From NCBI GenBank assembly GCA_964016885.1, contig OZ024740.1:323454001-323518000 (forward strand): a stretch of DNA of 64,000 nucleotides, read 5' to 3'. Positions 52,868 through 64,000 of the stretch are shown piece after piece. The notes under the pieces are model-generated. The model saw only the letters and a program-made list of their open reading frames with translations, did no database searches and had not been told where the DNA came from. Numbering within the stretch: position 1 is the first letter of the stretch; each line of letters opens with the position of its first letter. Source of the DNA: Eledone cirrhosa (Eukaryota). The position numbers and the translations under genes were made by a program.

Positions 52868-54448
52868 ATGCACAACAGCAACATCTGCTCAAGGGTCAAG
52901 GTGAACGGTTACCTCTCGGAGCCGTTCCATATTACGCGATCCATTCGACAGGGATGCCCTCTCTCCTCCCTTCTGTACGTACTGACTCTCGAGCCACTAC
53001 TGCGGAAGCTGGAGCTATTGCAGGGCATCCCTCTGGAACCGGGACTGCGGAAAGCGGCGTCGGCCTACGCCGACGACGTGACAGTAATGGTGTCGAGCGC
53101 CTCGCAAATCGAGGAAGTCGGCACCTTACTAAAGGAATACGAAAGTCTCACAGGAGCGAAGCTGAACCGGAACAAGTCCATCGGTTTGCAACTCGGATCG
53201 TGGAGAGGCAGACCGATGCCTTCCGATGGCGTCGTCGGACGCTGGACGGAAGGACCGGTAAAGCTGCTCGGGGTCTGGTTTGGTCCGGACCTCCAGGTGG
53301 AGAAGAACTGGAACGAAGTGACGGCCAAGGTGTTTTCACTCACCCAGAAATGGGCTGAGTGCAAACTATCCTTGAAAGGTCAAGCGGAGGTGGCGAACAC
53401 TTTTATAGCGTCCGCCATCTACTACCGCTTAACCGTCGTGCCTTGTCCAGCCAAAACGCTCGCCAAAATGGAGCGCGCGCTCTTCCGATTCCTTTGGAAG
53501 AGGCGGGCTCCTTTGGTGAGAAGATCCATCTGCTGCCAATACCCTTCTAACGGAGGGCTGGGGATGCCGTGGTTGACGATGCGCAAACACGCGCTCAGGC
53601 TGCGGCATCTCTACGTATTCCTCACCGGACAACCGGTGTGGGCCCCGTTCGTGAGGCGAGCCTTCCCACGACTCGTCTCGCTGACCGAGCTGCAGTCCTG
53701 GGTCAAGCAGAGACCGAGGAAAATGGGCGACTGGCACATCGAATGTGCTCAGGCGCTCACAGCCCTCTGGCAGGCGGACCCGGCGATCAGTGGAGACTCT
53801 ACTTCGTCATTCTATAGAGGGTTGGTCCGCAGCAAGTGCGACGACGCGCTCGGTGAAACTCTAGGCGTAGAGGAAGACGAACTGGCCAGTCTGTTCGGTA
53901 GGACCTTCCGCCCGGGACCGATGGACAACTTCCAAAAGTCCCTGGCCTGGCAGTGCTACCGAGGAGCTCTACCAGTTCGAGACAAGCTCTACAGACATGG
54001 GCGCCCGGGCAGGGACCCTGCAAAAAAGATCTGTCCGAGGTGCGTGCGAGACGAAGAAACCGTCGCGCACGCATTCATACACTGCCCGGACGTCACTGAC
54101 CTGTGGGGCTATGTAGAACGACTATTGTCGCGGGTGGGACCAATCCAGTTGACCACCGAGTCCATTGTCATGATCAAACCGCCACCCTCCTTCAAAAACG
54201 AAGGAGAGGCGGTTTTCCTTTGTGTGATAGCTATGGCGAAAGAGGTTGTATGGTGGACAAGGTTGAAAGGGCTGAGGTCAGACACCTTTCTCTCCGGCCA
54301 ACAACTGATTCTTCTTTTCAAATACCACTTTGGAAGAAGAATCAGGATGGAGAGAGAGGTGCTGTACCCCAGCAAGTTTTATGAAAGGTGGGTGAAAGTG
54401 GCGAGAATGGCCCGAGTGAATGGGCCTTCTCTCTATATCAGCCTGTAG
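52868..54448 (+). CDS. 5'-truncated Tx1/L1-clade ORF2 (RT C-terminal half plus zf-RVT), uninterrupted 526 aa
   Basis: RSIRQGCPLSSLLY, AYADDV, KLLGVWF, GGLGMP, CPRC..EETVAHAFIHC; GC-rich; AATAAA near 54677. Confidence 0.93.
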   Translation: MHNSNICSRVKVNGYLSEPFHITRSIRQGCPLSSLLYVLTLEPLLRKLELLQGIPLEPGLRKAASAYADDVTVMVSSASQIEEVGTLLKEYESLTGAKLNRNKSIGLQLGSWRGRPMPSDGVVGRWTEGPVKLLGVWFGPDLQVEKNWNEVTAKVFSLTQKWAECKLSLKGQAEVANTFIASAIYYRLTVVPCPAKTLAKMERALFRFLWKRRAPLVRRSICCQYPSNGGLGMPWLTMRKHALRLRHLYVFLTGQPVWAPFVRRAFPRLVSLTELQSWVKQRPRKMGDWHIECAQALTALWQADPAISGDSTSSFYRGLVRSKCDDALGETLGVEEDELASLFGRTFRPGPMDNFQKSLAWQCYRGALPVRDKLYRHGRPGRDPAKKICPRCVRDEETVAHAFIHCPDVTDLWGYVERLLSRVGPIQLTTESIVMIKPPPSFKNEGEAVFLCVIAMAKEVVWWTRLKGLRSDTFLSGQQLILLFKYHFGRRIRMEREVLYPSKFYERWVKVARMARVNGPSLYISL

Positions 54449-54730
54449 GTTGAGGAAAAGGAGGAGGAGAGGAAAGGAGTACAAGCTCTTCGTACTCCTG
54501 GAGATGAGGGTTGCACATTTTTTTTCGGGGGTATGTGTTACCCATATAAACTGTCTCCCTCTATTGGGGAAAATCGACTAACTTTTAAATTCCATCTGTG
54601 ATAACATTTTACACGTTTTTATTGTATGTAAACTTCCCCCTTTGTATTTGTCCCCTTCTTTTGTGCCCCTGAGGCTAATAAAGAAATATATCTGTACGTG
54701 TTTTCCTCTCTTGCTCTCTTGCTCTCTCTC

Positions 54731-54803
<73 letters not shown>

Positions 54804-54833
54804 CGATCTTTCTCTCGTCATATATTTATATAT

Positions 54834-54921
<88 letters not shown>

Positions 54922-55265
54922 CCATATACCTGGAGACAAATACACGTTAGGCCGAAGGTGAAAAGTTCTGGATAATAACATATAGGTACCATATGCAGTT
55001 CTGACATGAATTTAAGATATTAAATTCTGTGACAAGACTTCATAAATAATGTCTCCATTCGAATGTTCCACCCCCTACTACCATTTTTCTATTATTCGGC
55101 GGCCAATCTTCCACAAGAATTCCCAAATCAATAAGCATACAACATTCAGTTTTTGCACTTTTCATCGCTTTGTTTTCAAATAGCTTTCTTAAAGTTTTAT
55201 ACATACACACACATACACACATATACATATACATAGATATGTATGTGTGTGTTTATGTGCGTGTG

Positions 55266-55363
<98 letters not shown>

Positions 55364-55439
55364 GGGGGAGATAGAGAGAGAGGTGGTGATCCTATTTTGA
55401 AGCAATTTTGTGCATTGAAATTAAAATATGTCTTCTCTG

Positions 55440-56614
55440 AAAAAGCCTCAGATATGAAACCACTTATAGCGCTCCAGCCACTTCATTAAGGCCTTGTGGA
55501 AGACCTCAAAGTGAAGGTGTCCAGGACACTTATCACAGCCTCCTTCGTCTCTATGGCTTCAAAATGGCAGCCTCTGAGATTCTCCTTCAACTTGGGGAAC
55601 AACCAAATGTCACAGGAAGCAAGGTCTGGACTTTTGAAAGGATGAGGGACAGTTTTGATGCCTATCTATGTCATCTATGTCACGTATTTGGTTACCAGAA
55701 TGGAATTGTGGAATGGTGTATTGTCCTAGTGCAGGTGCCAGAGACCCAACTTAAAGAGCTCTGGCCTTTTGCGACAAAATCACTTGCTGATCTCCCTCAA
55801 AGCATCTACAAATTACTCTTTGTTGACCGCCTGGCCTCCTTGCGTCAAGGGGAGCCAGAATGCTCCCTTTGAGCAATCTGTCCCCTGGTTTCTTCAACAT
55901 AACAGTAGGTACAGCTTTCGTCATAGGGTGATAGAAACTCAAGTACGCTTGGCTGGAGGAAATGAGCTCAACTATCTCCTTGCCATCACTAAGGCGTTTT
56001 TCCTTCTGTTTGTCACTGAGCACTCTGGGAAGAAACTTTACACTCATTTTGCCCTTGCTCAGATCTTAATGAATAATTCTGTGTACAGTCGTCACACCAA
56101 CTCCAAAGTGTATACTTATTTACTTTATAAACACACGACGGTCTTCATCTAGAAAATTGCGAATTTTCACAATGAGCCCTGACGTTCTGACATTCCTCTC
56201 CCTCCCACCCCTCTCATCATCTTTCACCTCCTCTCTACCGCCCTTGAACCTCTTGTGTCAGTACAAAAACAGATACTTGGATTATTCAAGTTAATCCATA
56301 AGCTGTCTGGAGCATTTCACACGTTTTTGTAGCGTTTTTTGCCCAGTTAACACAAATCTTTATTGCATAGCGAGCTTCCAAATTGTTTTTACATCCCGAT
56401 TGTATTCTGGAACCTAGTCAGATGTGGTGAGCAGTATTAAGTAAGGTGTATTCAAATTGGTCTTACATCGCTCCCCTTCAAGCTAGGATAACAGAAGTTG
56501 GCAGGTCTGTTTATTAGATGCATTGTAATGATATACTAAAATTACAATAATCTAGGACAGTTATGATTGCCTCACATAAAAACGCCTCAAAACTTCCCGG
56601 ATGCACCTTGTGTA
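55440..56614 (-). mobile_element. Decayed mariner transposon
   Basis: KFLPRVLSDKQKEKRL resembles the WVPHEL region; TIR-like aacttcccggatgcaccttgtgta at right end; frameshifted; left boundary uncertain. Confidence 0.75.
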
Positions 56615-56791
56615 TATTAATAGTAATAATTATTACTCTAACCAATTTAACAAGAGCTGCTAACCATAGTAGAGTTCAGTGTAGTGTAGTTACAAATATA
56701 CCATCAAAGTAAAGGCAAATTTGTTTTTGCGGTATCTATTTTATTACATATTGTTGAGTACTAAAAGACTACTCCTCAAACTTATATTGAA

Positions 56792-56827
<36 letters not shown>

Positions 56828-57090
56828 ATAAATATAGCATAACGGGACTGAAAATGTACACATAAAGACAATGTACGCGGTAAATCACTCCTGTAAATAC
56901 ATGTGCGTGTGTGTGTGATTGTGTGTCTGTATGTGCATCGGTGTGTATGTGTGTGTATGTATGCATATACATATACATACACACGCGCGTGCGCACACAC
57001 ACACACATATATATACATATATTTATCTCTATACATCTACATTTGTAAGTACATACAAATATATAAAAGTATACACTATATATGCATATA

Positions 57091-57151
<61 letters not shown>

Positions 57152-57708
57152 CTATGCATATCCACAGCACATTTACATACCTGTATATATTAACAATGGC
57201 TTTTATTCCTCACTTCCGGTGTTTAATGACCGCCACGGAAGCCTAATGTAGTAGCGCCATCTATCGTAGAAGTGAGTGAAAAGATATTACCGCAAGGAAA
57301 CCTATACAGAATAGAGAACCGCCTAAAAATGGGGTGGAAACAGGAAAAGAGTGAAATGGGGTGTGCAACGAAAAACGAAAAATACATAAATTATAAAATT
57401 TAAATAAAACGGAAGGAAATAAGCTAGGTTAAACATTGATTTACATACGCTAACCATATACATAAATAAAACACACGTATACGTTTACGTCAGTATGTGT
57501 CTGTGTATACGTGAGCAGATAAACATATATGTATGTGTGTGGCTATGTGTGTGCATGTGTGTGTGTGTGTGCGTGCGTGTGTGCGTGCGTGTGTGCGTGC
57601 GTGTCTGCCAAAGTACAAGCAAGTTGAATGATATATAGCTATAAAATTATGCGAATATAATCTTATTTCACTCGGTGTAAAAAATGTTAGTCTTTTTGCT
57701 GTTGATGA

Positions 57709-57775
<67 letters not shown>

Positions 57776-57989
57776 AACAGCTATATGAGTGTGTGTAATA
57801 TATATATATATATATATATGTATGTATAGACACATGCGTATAACTACTCACACATGTACCTATATATATGTGTTTCTACCAGAAAAAGTTTAAAATATCA
57901 TACATGAGACCCTTCGAGAACATTCCAGACAGGCGTTAGTTCATGGTTCAAACGACAGTTTGATTACTCCCCCATTGGCCCATTTACAG

Positions 57990-58351
57990 CAGGGGCCTAC
58001 AACAGGCGGTACGCGGGCCACAATCCGGCCCGCCAGACCAGTGAGAGTGGCCAGCGATGACCGTTTTTAATTTTTACCTTGTAGGCTTATTTAGAATTTC
58101 TTTCGTAACCGTAATACAATTTCGTGTTAGTTAACCTATACTAAAGGGCTTCACTGAATTAGTTATGTGTGTTATAACTTCACAGTTCTATGTTATGGAA
58201 AGAAGATGTGGTGAATCTTTGCAATAGTGCTTAATAAATATTAATGGCCCTAATAGTTGTTCCAGTGTACAAAAGTGGCCCCCCAATGGAATATTTTGCA
58301 CACCCCTAATCCAGTATATACTATAAAATTTAGAGTATATACTGGATTAGG
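57990..58351. mobile_element. hAT/Charlie-like MITE with a hairpin inserted in the right TIR
   Basis: caggggcctacaac..gcgggccacaatccggcccg / ttgcacacccct; TSD atttacag on both sides. Confidence 0.7.
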
Positions 58352-58439
58352 ATTTACAGTGAGTTAACCCATATTTACATAGATTTAGCCTACTTCTAGT
58401 GTAATATAACATATGCCAACAATATCATATCCTACAATA

Positions 58440-59120
58440 TTGCTTTCTGATTTAGGCACAAGGCCAACAATTTTAGGGGAGGCGAAAGTCGATTAAATTG
58501 ACCCCAGTGTATTACTGGTATATTATTTTATCGACCCTGTGAGGATGAAAGGCAAAGAATATCCTTGGCGGGATATGAATTCAGAACGTAAGGGACTGTA
58601 ACTCTATGTCGTATAGCATATTGTGCGACGCTCTATTGAATAGATAGATATTCATGGTACAAAAAGTGATCGTTGAAATAAAGTAAAGGAAAGAGGTTTC
58701 AAATGCTGATGGAGGTGTAGTCGTGCCGTCTTAATACACGGTGTGTACTGGTTATTTTACACCTGGTGACGTCCATCCTTTAACAAGTCTGAACATAGCT
58801 TGACACAATCGACAAGACTTAGATGCTGCATGTTTTAAGAAAAGGAAGACAAGAAATTCTAACGTCTATCACTATTCTAATTAATTGTTTCTACTTTTGG
58901 GCACAAGGGCAGCAATTATCCCAGCACATGAATGGTACTTTATTTTATCGACCCCGTAAGGATGAAAAGCAAAGTTAGCCACGGCCTGATTTGAACGCAG
59001 ATCGTAAAGGGCCGTAAGTCTGCAAAGCATGGTGTCTGACGCTCTACCGATACTACCAATCCGTCGCCCTATTCTAAATAATTGTTTCTACTTTTGGCAC
59101 AAGGCCAGCAATTACCTAGT
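58440..59120 (-). mobile_element. Cluster of tRNA-derived SINEs (58440-58640, 58883-59070, 59080-59120)
   Basis: ttttatcgaccc..ggatgaaa.gcaaag motif; same family as 604-788. Confidence 0.8.
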
Positions 59121-59474
59121 AATATAAATGGGTTGAATGAAAATATTTACGCCTATTAAAAAGAAAAAGAAATGATCTGACATCTCGGATTGAAAACTTT
59201 ATCGAAGTAGATTAAATAGTAAAAAAGGGGATTTTGGATGAAAAAAGAAGTGTTAGAAGAGTACCAAGTTAAAAACAAGCCTTTTCCCATTTTTCCATCA
59301 GTTACATCGGTTTCATTCCGATAAGAATTATATGTTGTATAAAGAAAAGTTCGTATTTTGACTTATATCAGTAGTTTAAAGAGGAATTATTCCAATCATG
59401 ACTAGAAACCGTAAAGCAAACTTGACACTTCTATATCTTATCTCTTATGCAATGTTGGTGGCAATAGTGTTCCT

Positions 59475-59514
<40 letters not shown>

Positions 59515-59589
59515 ACACACATACACACGCGCACACACACATATATATATTTTTATATATATATATTCATATATAAATGTATATATATT

Positions 59590-59637
<48 letters not shown>

Positions 59638-60357
59638 GTTTTATAACATTCCAAATGACTGATGGAATGAGGGGTGGGTAATGAAGTAATCCTTCTTTTC
59701 GTACGGGTGTGGTTAATACCATCAAAACACATATCCTTAACACCCACCACTACTATTTCCTTGGGGTTTGCTGACATAAATCGGTGACATAGTTAAGTCC
59801 TATACTTGCTGATATCAGTATCTGGTAATTTGAACTCTATATTATTAATGAATATTCGAAAGATATTTCACCTTGGAGGGTAGAAAGAAAAACGTTTCTC
59901 TATATTTCTAGTGTGTTTGGTGACTGCGTCTACTTCTTACATCTCAGGCGTAGAAGGGTAAACATAGTATATATACTCACACACACACATATATATATAT
60001 ATATGTATGTATGTGTGTGTGTGTGTGTGTGTGTATGTGTGCGCGTGCGTGTGTGCGTGTGTATGTGTGTGTGTGTGCGTGCGTGCGTGTGTGTGTGTGT
60101 GTGTGTGTATGTGTTTGTGTGTATGTGTGTATGTGTATGTATATGTGTGTATGTGTGTGTGTATGTATATGTGTGTATGTGTGTGTGTGTATGTATATGT
60201 ATGTGTATGTATGTGCGTGCGTGTGTGCGTGTGTATGTGCGTGCGTGTGTGCGTGTGTGTGTGCGTGTGTATGTGTGTGTGTGTGTGCGTGTGTGTATAT
60301 GTGCGTGCGTGTGTGCGTGTGTGTGTGTGTGCGTGTGTGCGTGTGTGTGTATGTGTA

Positions 60358-60388
<31 letters not shown>

Positions 60389-60774
60389 ATGTATATGTGT
60401 GTGTGTGTGTATGTGTATGTGTGTGTGTGTATACATATTATTTTCACCCTTCTACTCTTGAGATGTAAAAAGTAGAATAGACGCAATCATCATATATATG
60501 TATATATATATATGTGTGTGCTTGTGTGCATCTGTGCGTGTGTGTGTATGTGTGTGTGCATGTGTGTGCGTGTGTGTGCGTGTGTGCGTGTGTGTGTGCA
60601 TGTGTGTATGTGTGTGCGCGCGTGTGTGTGCGTGTGTGTGTGTGCGTGTGCGTGTGCGTGTATGTGTGCGTGTGTGTGTGCATGTGTGTGTGTGTGCGTG
60701 TGTATCGTAACGATAAATTGAATTATAGAGACGAAAAAAAGGGCAGAAGACAATAAAACATTTTAAAAATAATA

Positions 60775-61243
60775 ATGATTTCTACTTTAGGCTCAAGGCC
60801 AGCAATTTTGTGGGAGGGGAAAAGTCGATTAAATCAACTCCATTGCATTACTGGTACTTTGTTATCGACCCCGTAAGGATGAAAGGTAAAGCTAACCTAG
60901 GCAGGATTTGAACTCAGAACGTAAAGGGAAGTAACTCTATGCCTCAAAACATTGTCAGGTGCCCTACCGATACTGCCACCCTATAAAAATAAGTGGTACT
61001 TTATTTTATCGACCCGATAGGATGAAAGGAAAAATTAACTTCGACGGGTACTTCACCATAATAATTGTTTCTACTTTTGGCACAAGGCCAGCCATTCCCA
61101 GTGTATTACTGGTACTTTATTTTATCGACCCCGTTAAGAAAGTTAACCACGGCGGGATTTGAACTCAGATCATAAAGGGCCATAACTCTATGCTGCAAAG
61201 CATGGCTTCCGACCATCTACAGATACTGCCAATCCACCGCCTT
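60775..61243 (-). mobile_element. Three tandem tRNA-derived SINE copies
   Basis: ggtactt..tatcgaccc motif at about 60853, 60995 and 61111. Confidence 0.8.
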
Positions 61244-61595
61244 TTGACAATAATAATGATGGTGATGATAATGGTGACAGTGATGTGAAGATGATGGTAA
61301 CAGTGATGATGATGATGATGCTGATGATCACGGTGATGATGACGTGTTGACGATGACGATGAATGATGGCGATGATGCAGACGACGAGGACAGTGACGAT
61401 GATGAATGGCGATGACGATGACGATGCTGAAGATGATGATGATGATGATGATGATGATGTTAATATCATATATTAGCCACAAGGGCTTCAACATATGAAG
61501 ATCGATGATGATTGGAAAAAAAAAAAATAATAATAATAATAATAAAGTACACAGTAGAATAAATAAACAAATAAACAAATAAATAAATAAACAAA

Positions 61596-61634
<39 letters not shown>

Positions 61635-61655
61635 ACAAATAAATAAATAAACAAA

Positions 61656-61694
<39 letters not shown>

Positions 61695-62334
61695 ATGGAT
61701 AAAAGATGGAGAGAAGAAATAAGTAGAAGAAGGAATATAAAGAAAAGAGAGCAGATGTTAAAGAAATGTAAATTATTCTTTGAAATCTTCACAATCGATG
61801 AATAGAAGGAAATTGCTGAGTTATTTTCTATAGTTTGTTAGTAAAAGGGTTGAGGAGAGGAGTATGATGATGATGGGGGGGGGGGGGGGGGGTAGAATAT
61901 ACATAATCATCATCATCATCATCATCATCATCTTGGCCGTCGTATTCGTCATCATCATCATTATCATCATCATCAGCAGCAGCATCAGCATCAGCGTCAG
62001 CAGCAGCATCAGCATCAGCATCTCTCACGTCCATCTCCCCCCCCCCTGCCACCTCCTCCACCCCATCATCATTATCATTATCGTCATTACCATCATCACC
62101 ATCACCGTCATTCACCTCCTCCTTTCTCCCTCCTCCTCCTCCACCTCCTCCACCACCTCCTACACATCAACAACATCACATCAACAACAACATCACATAT
62201 CATCACCATCACCACACCTCCTCCACCATCCTTCTCCACCTCCCCCACCTCATCACCAACACCATCACCAACACCACAACACACCTCCACACTTCCCCAT
62301 CAACACATCTTCATCACCACAATCACCTCCACCT

Positions 62335-63500
62335 CTTCCCCATCATCATCATCTTCATCACCATCATTCACCTCCTCCTCATCCCCATCATCATCTTCAT
62401 CACCATCCTTCACCTCCTCCTCTTCCCCATCATCATCTTCATCACCATCATTCACCTCCTCATCTTCCCCATCATCATCATCTTCATCACCATCCTTCAC
62501 CTCCTCCTCTTCCCCATCATCATCATCTTCATCACCATCATTCACCTCCTCCTCTTCCCCATCATCATCATCTTCATCACCATCATTCACCTCCTCATCT
62601 TCCCCATCATCATCATCTTCATCACCATCATTCACCTCCTCCTCTTCCCCATCATCATCATCTTCATCACCATCATTCACCTCCTCCTCTTCCCCATCAT
62701 CACCATCACCATCACCATCATTCACCTCCTCATCTTCCCCATCATCATCATCTTCATCACCATCATTCACCTCCTCCTCTTCCCCATCATCATCATCTTC
62801 ATCACCATCATTCACCTCCTCATCTTCCCCATCATCATCATCTTCATCACCATCATTCACCTCCTCCTCTTCCCCATCATCACCATCACCATCACCATCA
62901 TTCACCTCCTCATCTTCCCCATCATCATCATCTTCATCACCATCATTCACCTCCTCCTCTTCCCCATCATCATCATCTTCATCACCATCATTCACCTCCT
63001 CCTCTTCCCCATCATCATCATCTTCATCACCATCATTCACCTCCTCATCTTCCCCATCATCATCATCTTCATCACCATCATTCACCTCCTCCTCTTCCCC
63101 ATCATCATCATCTTCATCACCATCATTCACCTCCTCCTCTTCCCCATCATCATCATCTTCATCACCATCATTCACCTCCTCCTCTTCCCCATCATCATCA
63201 TCTTCATCACCATCATTCACCTCCTCATCTTCCCCATCATCATCATCACCATCACCATCCTTCACCTCCTCCTCTTCCCCATCATCATCATCTTCATCAC
63301 CATCATTCACCTCCTCATCTTCCCCATCATCATCATCTTCATCACCATCATTCACCTCCTCCTCTTCCCCATCATCATCATCACCATCACCATCCTTCAC
63401 CTCCTCCTCTTCCCCATCATCATCATCTTCATCACCATCATTCACCTCCTCCTCTTCCCCATCATCATCATCTTCATCACCATCATTCACCTCCTCCTCA
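62335..63500. repeat. 45-bp minisatellite (about 26 units) within a (CAT)n tract spanning 61860-64000
   Basis: Unit catcatcatcatcttcatcaccatcattcacctcctcctcttccc. Confidence 0.95.
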
Positions 63501-64000
63501 TCATTAGCGTCTTCGTCACTGACATCACCATTACTACCAGCGTCCCCATCATTGCCATCAAATCCATAACAACCACTATCACCATCACCACCACCACCAC
63601 CACCACCAACACCACCACCAACACCATCACCACCATCATCAAGTCATTATCATCATCATCAACATCATTATCACTCTCACCATCGTCATTAATATCATCA
63701 CCACCATCATCATCATCATCATCAACATCATTATCTCCCTCACCATCGTCATTAACATCAACATCACAATCATCATCATCATCATCATCATCGTCATCAT
63801 CCTCATCATCATCATCATCATCAACATCATTATCACTGCCACCATCGTCATTAACAGCACCATCATCATCCTCACCACCGCTATCATCATCACCATCACT
63901 GTCATCATCGTTAACATCATTATCACCACACCACACCATCATCATCATCATCATTATCACCACACCACACCATCATCATCATCATCATTATCACCACACC

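Noticed and set aside
61864-63507. 547-aa His/Pro-rich ORF and antisense Asp/Glu-rich ORF
   Set aside because: Read-through of a 45-bp (CAT-derived) minisatellite, open on both strands; no unique domain or splice evidence

Overview
AT-rich, microsatellite-saturated eukaryotic (animal) DNA; repeat and SINE content suggests an octopod cephalopod (inference). No host gene is recognisable, and almost all long ORFs in the track are microsatellite read-throughs. Real coding remnants are all transposon-derived: Penelope-like (PLE, Naiad-type) RT-end/GIY-YIG fragments, a decayed near full-length R4/Dong-type RLE retrotransposon plus a 3' fragment, an uninterrupted 5'-truncated Tx1/L1 RT, and a decayed mariner. 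There are also many tRNA-derived SINEs, non-autonomous Helitrons, hAT/Tigger MITEs, a 73-bp and a 45-bp satellite. The main hidden signal is about 20 type I hammerhead ribozyme motifs from roughly a dozen unrelated sequence families, folded by eye. They sit in small, mostly non-coding inverted- or direct-repeat cassettes that each end in a (TA)n or related microsatellite, and two families carry the compensatory U3-A8 core. This looks like a dense community of non-autonomous, ribozyme-bearing, microsatellite-docking PLE/retrozyme-like elements. Ribozyme activity is predicted, not demonstrated.
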